A stretch of DNA of 64,000 nt from Octopus sinensis. Taxonomy: Eukaryota. The stretch is from the NCBI RefSeq assembly GCF_006345805.1, contig NC_043004.1:63488001-63552000 (forward strand), read 5' to 3'. This document shows positions 13,417 to 25,463 of the stretch, in pieces. Each line of letters begins with the position of its first letter. Positions within the stretch are counted from its first letter, which is position 1. The notes under the pieces are model-generated. The model worked only from the letters and a program-made list of their open reading frames with translations. It was not told where the DNA came from and did no database searches. The translations under genes were made by a program, and so were the position numbers.

Positions 13417-15107
13417 CTATCTATATATCTATCTATATATCTAAATCTATATATATATATATATATATAATATATATATATACACATGTACAGGAAATCT
13501 GTCTCGTGATTTGAAAACTATAGTTGTTTTAAATAGATTTATTCACATGCTTACCCAAATAGCGTCAACATATTTTTCGTTTAAGAATGGTACCCCACGA
13601 CCAGGAAAATTCCTGTAACCAATGCCCCGCAAACATAAACACGAAATACCAAATAACCCCTCTCTTTCAATGTACCGGTAACATTTCAACCCAATCCCAA
13701 TTGAATAGGGAAATCATGCTCATTAAAAATATATATAAACCGCAACTAAATATCCTATAATAACACGTGAGAAAGAAGAGAAACTCAATTTATCTACAAT
13801 AAAGCGAACCAAGTACAACAGACAAAATTTGGAAACTTTAGCAATAATCACCACATAGATTGGAAAACCCAACTACTATACAGTAACACAATGCATCGTC
13901 TCAAAACATTAGTTTCTGGCATCAACTTTCACTAGAACTATGGTATTTTAATCAAGTCAGAATCAGGCACCAGAAAACAAAACTGACTCTTTAAGGGAGC
14001 CAACCAACCGGAAATGTTGACTAGTAGCCAAAAACTAATACCCCAGTCCCTCCAGGGTAGTCAAACGAGCAGATCGCTAAACACGACCAAAACAAAAACA
14101 GGTTATTTATCAAAATAAAGTGAACCTATCAAAATTAGCCCCTTTCTAGCAAAAACATATATATACATAAAATACTTTTCTAATTCCTAAAAAAAAAACC
14201 GTACAAATGGAAGAGATCAGTACGCGATGACAAAACAACTAGACGCATGATGACAGAAATTTAAAAAAACACAACAAATTACTCGTTTCGTTTTTTTTCT
14301 TCTCTCATATCTACGTATTCTAAATATCAGTAATGTACATTTGTAATAATATTCTCCGAATATTTACCTTGAAATTATTTACCCCAATGAAACTTATTTG
14401 ATCGCTTAAAAATGTTTGTCCCATTTCTACTTCGTAATTTTAAACTGTTTTAAAATGTCCATACATAATTGTACCATTAATAAAGAAAAAAGAAAATTTT
14501 GAACCTAGTTTGGTATGGATAGTAATAAATATATTTAAACACAACAATATGTTTTTCAAATTAAATTGCGCTTTAAAACCCCCAAACAAATCCCCCTATA
14601 TTTTTTCCTGCCAGTGTATACACTTCTTGCATCCATTCACACTCTTTTTCTTTCAGGAGTAGGGTTTCGTTTTAAACTGCCTCAATCTACTCAATAACAA
14701 ACGTGTTCCAGTTTAGTTCCGATGATCTTTTTTTCTTGTAGTTTTCACACCTTCAATGTTTGGGAGTGATGCAGGAGTGTCTATGTCAACCTGCTACAAC
14801 AACAAAACTTCAACCAAACAAATTGATCATTCCAAGTGATACTTGCTTCTGTGTCACGTCAATGATATTATATCTAATCTATCGTAAACTCCTTTATCTA
14901 AAAAATGTAATCACCTGAATAAGTTCATCTCAGATATTATACTTAAGGATTTCGAAATATTTTTAAAATGTATAAATTCTAAAACACAAAATATTATCAC
15001 AATAAACAGAATATAATTTCTTTATGTCTAGTGTGTTATTCAAATAATATATCTAAATTACATATTATCTCATAAACTCAGGTCAAGTACTGAACACACA
15101 CACACCC

Positions 15108-15145
<38 letters not shown>

Positions 15146-15232
15146 CTGTGTGTCTGTGTGTTTGACCGCATGTGTATCGTTGACGATTTTCTTTCTCCGT
15201 CATCCCTTCCATGGACATATCCCTTTTCTATG

Positions 15233-15265
15233 TTTCTGACGAAGAGCTCCACTCGAAACGTTAAA
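15233..15265 (+). ncRNA. minimal type I hammerhead ribozyme motif (extra A after A9) in a solo PLE 3' fragment
   Basis: TTT-CTGACGA-A-GAG(ctcca)CTC-GAAA-CGT-T-AAA. The core is intact, stems I and II are 3 bp each, and stem III is the ACGT palindrome. Confidence 0.65.
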
Positions 15266-15599
15266 TCCTCCTTCTTTCCTTTCCTGTGCGTCCAATAATG
15301 CTATACTTATTCCATGTCCTCGCGTTGTTGTGTTTTCTCTTTGTTCTTGTTTGGATTAACTATATATATATATATATATATATATACGCGAGAAAGAAGC
15401 AACAAGAATGGATAGGTTTTTAGTACGATCGTTTCATACAAGGACAGGTTTTATTAAAAGTTGCAAAGATTACAGCATATAAACGAGTCCCGTACTCATC
15501 AGCTAAAATACATGTAAGTTCTCTAGACATCCTAGTGTTGAGGCTATACTCATGAAGTAATGTAGATAATTAAACAGATTTCTAAAGTTCATTAAAGTT

Positions 15600-15630
<31 letters not shown>

Positions 15631-15871
15631 ACACGATTTCAGATTCCTATTTCAGAAATATATAGTTACATATGTATCTGACATAGATATTTTTTTTATT
15701 TGAGCATTCCGCATATGCGTTCTTGTGATTATTTAATAAATGCCTAATTTGAATGATTACCATCCTATAACGATATAATGTGAACGCAATTTTTTTAATT
15801 GGTTGAACGCAAATATTTTCCTTTTCTATACTCTATATAAATTGATATTTTACATTCACGATTTATTACAG

Positions 15872-15977
15872 GGTTCAAGTTCCATTAAAGAATTCGAAGG
15901 ATTTTGCCGAAGCATTCTATTGTGAAAAAGGTTCGAACATGAATCCATATGTTAAAAGTGAAATGTGGGCGAAATAA
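15872..15977 (+). CDS. M13 peptidase terminal coding exon
   Basis: ttacag|G GTT CAA...AAA TAA encodes (R)VQVPLKNSKDFAEAFYCEKGSNMNPYVKSEMWAK*, compared with the consensus RVxGxLxNSxxFAxAFxCxxGSxMNPxxKCxVW. Confidence 0.93.
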
Positions 15978-16429
15978 ATGAAAACCGTCATCTAGAAGTC
16001 TATATGTTTGTAATATGTTAGCATGAATGTAGTTGTGTATGTATACGTTTGAATATTTATGTCTTTGTTTTTCTCGAATCGTTCTCACGCATAGAAATTA
16101 TCAATGGCAATTTACTTATATATCTCCACGATACAATTATCCGAACTGTTGCCATAGTAACGAAGCTAAATTAGGCAGAGTGAAGCCGCTTAGCAAAGAT
16201 TGACCTTGCCTCCGCTGTTATGGAAGTGATTTCTTCCATTCTATAAAATTCTACCTTTGACTGTCTTATTACTAAATATATCTACTTCCATGACTTTAAG
16301 TTTTATTCTAATTTAACTATCGCTCTATATCTCTCTTCCTATAAACTTTCTTTGACGTTAAATCTAATGACGGTTTTTTTTACAAAATGAGAGCCTTCCC
16401 TTGATCATATACACATTCATCACATTCTT

Positions 16430-16924
16430 TTAACATGTCTGTGACGATCTGGGGGGCGGCCATATCTTGGAATTCCCTGGGCCCAAGGGCTTCTCTTCAT
16501 GGTTGGATTAATAGTCAAGATTATTTAAGCATCCAATGGTTTCGAAACTGTTTCCGGAGGGAAACACAATCGTTTAGAATGATAATGCACCAATTCACAC
16601 AGCTAAAGTTGTTACCGAGTTGCACGAGGAACATTCTAATTAAGCTGAACCCCTTATCTAGCCACTACACTCACCAGATCTCAATATTATGGAACGTTTA
16701 GGGTGCATTTTAGAAAAAAAAAGTAAGGAGTCGACATTCTCCAATATCATCACTACAAGAACTGGAGACTCTTTTTAGCTGAAGAATTGACAAAAATTCC
16801 TTTGAAAACAACTCAAACTTTGTGGAATTCAAGCTGTAATCACTGCCCAAGACGGTCCTATCCTATGCTAAAATAAATTTGTTTAAAATGTTAATGTGTT
16901 TCCATTATTTTGTCTAACTCCTGT
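16430..16924 (+). mobile_element. Tc1-family DNA transposon, 3' remnant
   Basis: SVTIWGAAISWNSLGP..LHGWINSQDYL, with DNAPIHTAK-like and SPDLNI-like sequence in shifted frames. Ends in tccattattttgtctaactcctg, a Tc1-like terminal repeat. Confidence 0.75.
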
Positions 16925-17377
16925 TTGTGTATTTGTAACTACAACTCTACTAATGGCATGTCTATCAAGAAAGTTGCACAATAGCTGTATATCAACTATT
17001 ATACAAAATGTGTATTCATTTAACAAACACTAAACTCCTGAAGTAATATTGTATTAACTTTTGGTGCAAGAACAGTAATTTCGTCGCCGGAGATTAGTTG
17101 ATTATTTCAAAACTAGTGCTCGACTGGTACGCCTTTATCAACCCCGATATGATGAAAGGTTGAGTCGAGTGTAAAGATGAACAAAATGTTGCTCAGCTTT
17201 TTACCCAGCTGGCAAAGGATTCTATCAGCTCGCCGCCATATAATTGTAAAGCAATTGTTGGGATGAGATGAGCCAGAATGAAAGGGTTGTGACTTCAACG
17301 GCCAAGGGGACCCACATGAACTGGAAGGAACACTTCGTGGTGAAAGATACAAGTGAGGTAAGCTAACGGGCTTTGAT

Positions 17378-19640
17378 TGTAACAGCTGTTAAAATTCGGT
17401 GAGACGGTTTCAGCACATGTCTTAACTTAATACTGCTAGACAGCCAACAACGAGAGGTAGGTGAAACGTATTTTATTCCCCGCATTACAGTTCCAACATA
17501 TCCCACGCAGTTCCGGCTCAGATATAAATATATTTTCCTATCGTCGTTGTGCCCCTTCCACAAACTGGCAGCGATGATAAGAATCGGCAGCAATGCCCTG
17601 AGTCCTATCTGTGACGAAAAAGTTGCAATTGCCTGAATCCGTAATATCAAGGTAGGGGCCAGGCTACAAGTCGTTGGCGCTAAACACCTGCTAGGCCGCA
17701 AGAAAATGGCAATGAGCGAGCTTGTCGCTGAAGCCCGCGTGTCGATACGAAACATCGGTCGGAGAGTAGTGGCAATGACGGTTGCAAAATCCCGCGATGT
17801 AGAGCTACGGCCAATAAAGAACAAAGACAAAGTTGTCGCGGAGCGACAGCGACTGTTCATGTGCCGGTCTTTCAATTGTCAGGGACCACACATGACAGGG
17901 AATTGCGCGGAGACAAAGCCCAGAGCCGTTTGTAGTAGACGCAGTTGACGTGGTGATGGTAAAAGGCGTGATCAACCGCCTTGGAAGTGTCAGTGTCGCA
18001 GACATGTGGTCTCATTTATTGTTGCTGAAGAACATGCTGAGCTGCTACCAGTATACCTTGAAACTACATGCTAGGAGTGAGTTTGAGGGAGAGGTAGACA
18101 GGTGGATTAAGGAAGGTGTTCTTTTCCAGTGGAAAGAGGAAGTGAGGAGTGGAGTGCTACCATTAACGGCAGTGATACAGTTAACAAAGTGGAAATTCAG
18201 GCCTGTACTGAACTTTCGAGAGATGAATGGCTATGTATTATTCCACATGAGCGGTGAGGTGACTAACGTCTGCGGTGAAACGCTTCGTGAATGTAGACAG
18301 ATGACGAGGGCGGCGACGATTGTGCACTTGAAGTCCGCATCTTTGCAGCTCTATATGACGAAAAACCGTAGCGGTATCAGCTGGCGCTATACAAGAGCCA
18401 CACATACTGTTCGACTAGGATGAGTTTCGGGCTAATTTCCACACAATAGTTCATGGCGTCAGAGCTCAAATCTATTCTTTGAATGGTGGATAAGATAAGA
18501 AAGGCCACCAATTCCTTTACAGAACGACATCTTTGTAGACGAGACTGTAGTATCTACTGGAAATAGGAGGTGTCGAAGGGGAGGAAGCAACCTAGCTTCG
18601 AAATGCAGGTCATTACAATCACATCAACGTGGCTGATTTGAATGCAGTGCCGAAGTGAGTTAATTTGCCCTCAAATGAGTGCTGCACACCATCGAAACAT
18701 GAACCGAATCGGTTACTGTACCTGGCTGGTTAGGATCATCGATCACCGATGAAAAGAGGGCTCCAACCAAAGGGACTGCAGAGATGCTAGCAAAGCGCTG
18801 CCTAGAGGTTCAAAGAGAGCTAATTGCTAAATTTGCTTTGAAGCTGAGCGTGGTGTTAGCGCCTTCAGAAAGGAATACGGTAAACATTCTAACCAGGGTG
18901 AAAAAGGCCTAGTTGGAGGAAGTGGAAAATTCGAAACCGGGGAAAGCTGCAGAGTGTCATCTAAGTCACTCGGGACTAAGGAAACTGCATGCCATGCTTT
19001 ATATGGGCGTGGCCAGAACCTTGTATCTTGTCAGCAGAGTTGACTCCGACGTACCTGACAGAGCATTCATAAGGTGGTCGGGATAGTGTCAATCCGTCGA
19101 CCCTGCTCCGGGTGCGGACAAACAGGGAAACATCTAGGTAGAGCACTAGATGAGACGATTGGAGGTAGATATGACACACTACCGGTAGGGGAAGTATTGA
19201 TGGTCGACTGCAGACTGATTCGGATAGCTATATGGATGGCAATGAAGACGGGCACTGCAGAAGAAATTGTACGTACCCTGAGCGAGATATTCCTGTGTCG
19301 GAAATCTATGGACGAATTGACAACGGCACCGCATTTCGTTTGGATATACTGGAAATGCTTGTTAAGAAGTGGAATGTGAACCGCTTTTTCAGAACGGCAT
19401 AGAAACTCAGTGGAAAGGGGATCGTGAAAAGACATCATTGCACGATCTGTCCTTCTTTGTCCTCTCTATGTTTCGCCCACCTGTGGGCAATAAAGAAATA
19501 AAGATATGTCAACCACATGAGTACAGGCCGAAGAGTGATATTCACATTTCAAAGGCCATATCCAAGTAAATCATCTGAATACCATGCGGAAGAGGGAAGA
19601 CATGGCTTCGTGCAATTGGGGGATAAATCTAAATAACAAT
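17378..19640 (+). mobile_element. decayed Ty3/Gypsy LTR retrotransposon
   Basis: Gag zinc-knuckle remnant FNCQGPHMTGNC, RT remnant KFRPVLNFREMN...LKSASLQL, and an integrase-like remnant at 19074-19379. Candidate PBS TGGCAGCGATG at 17566-17576 follows ...CCACA. Many stops and deletions. Confidence 0.7.
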
Positions 19641-19921
19641 TTTAAATCAGAGATAAAAAATCTACAGATGGAGAACGACCTTCTACTACCATGTTCTTAA
19701 TGCTGAAATTAACCTCTCCGTCTATATATCTATCCACTCTGTAATGTTGGTAAATGAAATAAGTATAAAAATGTACATTGTCCATTTAAGTAAAAACATT
19801 GTATATGTGGCTGAAGGTTGCTCTACATTTTAAAACCGATGTAATACTTACATTGTATAATAAAACGAATTAGCATGAAACGATTGTACTACACTTCCTT
19901 GGATATCCCTGTTGCTTATTT

Positions 19922-19960
<39 letters not shown>

Positions 19961-19962
19961 TG

Positions 19963-20003
<41 letters not shown>

Positions 20004-20014
20004 GCATGTATGTA

Positions 20015-20155
<141 letters not shown>

Positions 20156-20372
20156 ATATATTATGTGAAATAGAAAGATGAATAATCTTGTAGTAGATTA
20201 ATCAAAAGTTTAACCGATACCTTAGTAGCAAAAATCACAGCAGTAAACAGCACGGTTGGAGGTACAACCATCTGGCGTTGCAACCGTGCGTTGGTGCGGA
20301 TAATTGAAATTAAAACATTATTGGTGAATTGAAGAAATGGAGCTGAACGCAGATTGAACAGAAATCGTTTTA

Positions 20373-20459
20373 TTTCATTCTACACGTGTTTCGAAAGGCA
20401 CAAATTACCAAAATCCGATTGAATAATGGGACCATATTGTGTCTTTCTCTTCAGGAAGA
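20373..20459 (-). ncRNA. mirror copy of the type I hammerhead motif
   Basis: Reverse complement of 24741-24827 within the left arm. Confidence 0.8.
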
Positions 20460-21372
20460 AAAAAGGAAATCCGTTGGAAAAACAAAAACAGAACAGAGGC
20501 GGAGCAAAAAACAAATCGAACTGTGCTCCTAAGAGCCCATGGCGAAACTGTTTATCAGTGTATGTTGAGAACCGGTGGCTGAAGAATTCAACGGGTCAGG
20601 CATCGGTCAATCATGTGGGTGAGGGTGTATAGATGTTCTTTGTGACCGAGAATAAAGTTCTGACTATTTAAGGAATATTGGATGTTTTATAAGGGGCGAG
20701 AAAAATCTACTTAGAGACGTGTGTGTGTGTATACTGTTCTATATATGTGTGTGTTGGCGTAGGGGTAGAAAACATTTTTTGTGTACGTGTGTGCGTTTGA
20801 TCGTTCGGCTGTCAGTGGCTACTGCCGTGATAACCGTTGGGTGGCAGAAAGAAAAAAATAAAAAAATATATATATATTATGTTTTATGTGTGTGTGTTCA
20901 TCTAAGCCTGCCTTGTCAAGGAAACCCCCCGCTGTGAGAAAACCAAGCCCCGTTTGTCTTACAGGAGTAATTCCCCTTGCAGTGGTTAATCGTAGATATC
21001 TTAAAGGCTATTTCAGAATTTGTTACCAAGGGCTATGGGTGCCGGTATTATTTATAAACGCTATTTAAAGGTCAGATAAGTGTAACGCCGCCAATGGGGG
21101 CATCGAAAAGCCGACTGTAAGAGCCCGTTTACCATCCGGCCTCTGGCAAACAAAATATGGAAGAGTTCGGAGACACAAAGGTTGCACTGTCTTCTGCCCC
21201 TATCAAATGGGAGGGCCACCGACAAAATTGACCATTCCAGCCTATAGCTTAAGTTCGCATCCTTCAGTCGCCATATTAGCTTACTGAGTCCTCGTGGTCT
21301 GGCGCTTGTTCACGTCCCGAAAAGTTGCGTAATGGTTGGAGACACGCAAAGACAATCTTGAGGATGATGCCC

Positions 21373-23059
21373 CTACATAAGTGAAGGCATCTGAGTCCGT
21401 GTAACCTTGCATTGGTAGACGGCGTTTTTGATCTTGGAGTTCGCCGACGTGAATCTTAATCTGCTAGGATTAGTTTCTGAAATTAGAACTGCGTTCCTGT
21501 CACTATATTCGTTCCGAGACCTGCAGCCGCTTACTACTCTATTTTCCACTACGTCACTATTAACTATAGGAATAACCCCTGATTCTCCACTATCTATCAG
21601 AGTGCTGTCATTGCTACTGCCCGTGGTACTGCTATTGCGGGAAATGATGCTGGGGATGCTAATGGGGCTCTCTACCCTACTCCCATTATTACCGTCAACC
21701 ACAACACCCCTATTTATAACTATACCCCTAGTGGGTACTCCCTGGCTGGAGCTGAGATTATGTGTCTCTGTACTGGCTCTCATATCATTATTACTACTAT
21801 AATTATTCCTACTGAGCATTAAACCGGGAGCGGAAGAGGCTGTGCCTCCGGAAAAAGGTGATAGGGTCTTAGTAAGTAGCCTATTATTATGGGAGGCGAT
21901 TATCTGGGCGAGGTTTTTAGTGTTGGAGAAAGCTATCCTAACTTTATGTGAGTTAACCGTGGAGTAATATTTGGAATTTCTGGGGAAGTTATTGGCGATG
22001 GCTTGTCTAAACATGAGGGGGAGGTTAGTTCTAATCTGCTTACCAAAGGGGATTACAAACCATATATGCTTATTCCTATCAGTGTGATGGGTCGGGACGC
22101 CAGCTCTCGCATTCGGGTGGGTGATTCTCGGATGAATAACGGGTCTTGGGTTAGTGTAAGACCTCCCGGACCGATAATTATCCTTGTTCGCTAAATTAAA
22201 TGCGTGAGCGACTACCCCGGCATCCGCCGCGCTCCCGTCCTTACTTAAAATGTTAATGTTATTATATATGGCCCTATCCTGATGACCGAATGATGGCATC
22301 GGAAGGGCCGGATCAATATAAAATACCTTCTGCCTATAACCGGCCTTGGATAGTGCGGCGTTATAAAATTCCGCTTTCTGCATAAAAATATCGGCACTGG
22401 CGGACAAGCCAGACAATCTTAGAGAGATGTTTTTAACCAAATTGTCTGTTACGGTTTTTGCATGATTTGAGAAGACACTGACATACTTCAAATTAGTGGA
22501 AGGCTTATGGTAAGGGCAGTATGAGTCGCTATTAAGGTTAAGTGTAACGTCTAGGAAATTAGCCTTGGTGAGTTCATTATCAAAAACTATACTCATGCCC
22601 ATTCTATTAAAAAACCTAGCTAACCTGCTCTTAGTTTTCTGCACTATTCTGTTCGTGGTGTTTTGCAGGTAAAACAGACAATCGTCACGATACAGGCCGC
22701 CCGCGATCTCCGGGAATTGGTCGGACAATTCGTAGAGAATATATATTCCGACCAAATCGGCTATCTGCGCACTATCCGAACTACCCATAGGCACATCAAA
22801 TTCATTGGGAGTATCTTTACGGATCCACAACTTATTATCAAATTTAATAAACGATTTCCTGGCAACTAAAATGATATCTATCTCTTCTCTGGTGAGGCCA
22901 GCCTTGTTGTGAGCATGCCAGAGGGCCTTATTTAGCACACTAGGGTTAATCGAGGGGTAGAAGCTGGCGATATCAAACTGAATGAACCTAGTACGGTTCT
23001 TATTAGGGATGGAAGAGAACCACTTCACTACCTGCGAGGAGTTGGCCCAGAGGCTGAGC
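21373..23059 (-). CDS. 5'-truncated PLE reverse transcriptase plus linker, frameshifted before the endonuclease
   Basis: FIQFDIASFYPSI, FDVPMGSSDSAQIADLVG, GLYRDDCL, ANFLDVTLNL and YVSVFSNH. The N-terminal RT motifs are missing at the inversion junction (23059/23060), and a 1-nt deletion at ~21403 shifts frame at VYQCKV. Confidence 0.88.
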
Positions 23060-23181
23060 TTCATCCGAGAATCACCCACCCGAATGCGAGAGCTGGCGTC
23101 CCGACCCATCACACTGATAGGAATAAGCATATATGGTTTGTAATCCCCTTTGGTAAGCAGATTAGAACTAACCTCCCCCTC

Positions 23182-24135
23182 ATGTTTAGACAAGCCATCG
23201 CCAATAACTTCCCCAGAAATTCCAAATATTACTCCACGGTTAACTCACATAAAGTTAGGATAGCTTTCTCCAACACTAAAAACCTCGCCCAGATAATCGC
23301 CTCCCATAATAATAGGCTACTTACTAAGACCCTATCACCTTTTTCCGGAGGCACAGCCTCTTCCGCTCCCGGTTTAATGCTCAGTAGGAATAATTATAGT
23401 AGTAATAATGATATGAGAGCCAGTACAGTGACACATAATCTCAGCTCCAGCCAGGGAGTACCCACTAGGGGTATAGTTATAAATAGGGGTGTTGTGGTTG
23501 ACGGTAATAATGGGAGTAGGGTAGAGAGCCCCATTAGCATCCCCAGCATCATTTCCCGCAATAGCAGTACCACGGGCAGTAGCAATGACAGCACTCTGAT
23601 AGATAGTGGAGAATCAGGGGTTATTCCTATAGTTAATAGTGACGTAGTGGAAAATAGAGTAGTAAGCGGCTGCAGGTCTCGGAACGAATATAGTGACAGG
23701 AACGCAGTTCTAATTTCAGAAACTAATCCTAGCAGATTAAGATTCACGTCGGCGAACTCCAAGATCAAAAACGCCGTCTACCAATGCAAGGTTTACACGG
23801 ACTCAGATGCCTTCATTTATGTAGGGGCATCATCCTCAAGATTGTCTTTGCGTGTCTCCAACCATTACGCAACTTTTCGGGACGTGAACAAGCGCCAGAC
23901 CACGGGACTCAGTAAGCTAATATGGCGACTGAAGGATGCGAACTTAAGCTATAGGCTGGAATGGTCAATTTTGTCGGTGGCCCTCCCATTTGATAGGGGC
24001 AGAAGACAGTGCAACCTTTGTGTCTCCGAACTCTTCCATATTTTGTTTGCCAGAGGCCGGATGGTAAACGGGCTCTTACAGTCGGCTTTTCGATGCCCCC
24101 ATTGGCGGCGTTACACTTATCTGGCCTTTAAATAG
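23182..24135 (+). CDS. PLE linker plus GIY-YIG endonuclease, open 317-aa frame without RT
   Basis: AVYQCKV...IYVGASSSRLSLRVSNH...LSKLIWRLK...WSIL...CNLCVSELFHIL...CPH, uninterrupted from ATG to TAG. Confidence 0.88.
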   Translation: MFRQAIANNFPRNSKYYSTVNSHKVRIAFSNTKNLAQIIASHNNRLLTKTLSPFSGGTASSAPGLMLSRNNYSSNNDMRASTVTHNLSSSQGVPTRGIVINRGVVVDGNNGSRVESPISIPSIISRNSSTTGSSNDSTLIDSGESGVIPIVNSDVVENRVVSGCRSRNEYSDRNAVLISETNPSRLRFTSANSKIKNAVYQCKVYTDSDAFIYVGASSSRLSLRVSNHYATFRDVNKRQTTGLSKLIWRLKDANLSYRLEWSILSVALPFDRGRRQCNLCVSELFHILFARGRMVNGLLQSAFRCPHWRRYTYLAFK

Positions 24136-24740
24136 CGTTTATAAATAATACCGGCACCCATAGCCCTTGGTAACAAATTCTGAAATAGCCTTTAAGATAT
24201 CTACGATTAACCACTGCAAGGGGAATTACTCCTGTAAGACAAACGGGGCTTGGTTTTCTCACAGCGGGGGGTTTCCTTGACAAGGCAGGCTTAGATGAAC
24301 ACACACACACATAAAACATAATATATATATATTTTTTTTATTTTTTTCTTTCTGCCACCCAACGGTTATCACGGCAGTAGCCACTGACAGCCGAACGATC
24401 AAACGCACACACGTACACAAAAAATGTTTTCTACCCCTACGCCAACACACACATATATAGAACAGTATACACACACACACGTCTCTAAGTAGATTTTTTC
24501 TCGCCCCTTATAAAACATCCAATATTCCTTAAATAGTCAGAACTTTATTCTCGGTCACAAAGAACATCTATACACCCTCACCCACATGATTGACCGATGC
24601 CTGACCCGTTGAATTCTTCAGCCACCGGTTCTCAACATACACTGATAAACAGTTTCGCCATGGGCTCTTAGGAGCACAGTTCGATTTGTTTTTTGCTCCG
24701 CCTCTGTTCTGTTTTTGTTTTTCCAACGGATTTCCTTTTT

Positions 24741-24827
24741 TCTTCCTGAAGAGAAAGACACAATATGGTCCCATTATTCAATCGGATTTTGGTAATTTGT
24801 GCCTTTCGAAACACGTGTAGAATGAAA
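24741..24827 (+). ncRNA. type I hammerhead ribozyme motif with long stem II, in the PLE 3' region
   Basis: TTC-CTGAAGA-GAAAGaCACAA...TTGTGcCTTTC-GAAA-CACGTGT-A-GAA. The core is canonical with G10.1-C11.1, stem III is the palindrome ACACGTGT, and the GUA cleavage triplet ends at 24819. Confidence 0.8.
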
Positions 24828-24884
24828 TAAAACGATTTCTGTTCAATCTGCGTTCAGCTCCATTTCTTCAATTCACCAATAATG

Positions 24885-24953
<69 letters not shown>

Positions 24954-25263
24954 AATGGAGTTAAAAGCAGAGAAGATTACGTTGTTTTAAACCATTTTAT
25001 TCCTTTGGAATAATATCAATCATATCTTCGAAACATGTGTTCAAAGATTAACAATTTGAATAACACCTGCGTTTAACTCCATATATTTTTTTATATATAT
25101 TATGCAAAATATTTCACGTAAACTCGGATTTTCTACCTTTAAAAGCAAAGTCTTAAGCACTTCTTACTTGTGCGATCATTTGCTACCCTGGTAACTACGT
25201 ATCTATGTTTCCGTGTTAATTGTAAACAAGGGGAACATGCACACATCTATTTAAATATACCTA

Positions 25264-25326
<63 letters not shown>

Positions 25327-25426
25327 TTATTTATATGTATATAATAGTAATAATAATAATAATAATAATGACAATAATAATAATTAATAATAATAATCAT
25401 AAGTATTATTATTTTTGTTGTTGTTG

Positions 25427-25463
<37 letters not shown>

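Larger units (their letters stand above)
20314..24886. mobile_element. Penelope-like element with inverted pseudo-LTR; 1.82 kb arms (20314-22136 and 23060-24886) around a 923 bp spacer
   Basis: The arms are near-identical reverse complements (coordinate sums 45196-45200). RT motifs lie in the spacer on the - strand and the GIY-YIG domain lies in both arms. The right arm ends at a (TA)n tract. Confidence 0.93.

Noticed and set aside
21373-23193. The 606-aa ORF as a complete protein
   Set aside because: Its first ~45 residues are antisense read-through of the inverted arm. The RT is 5'-truncated at 23059 and frameshifted at ~21403.
21428-23768. Hydrophobic 124-aa ORFs at 21428-21802 and 23394-23768
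   Set aside because: They are antisense shadows of the PLE linker.
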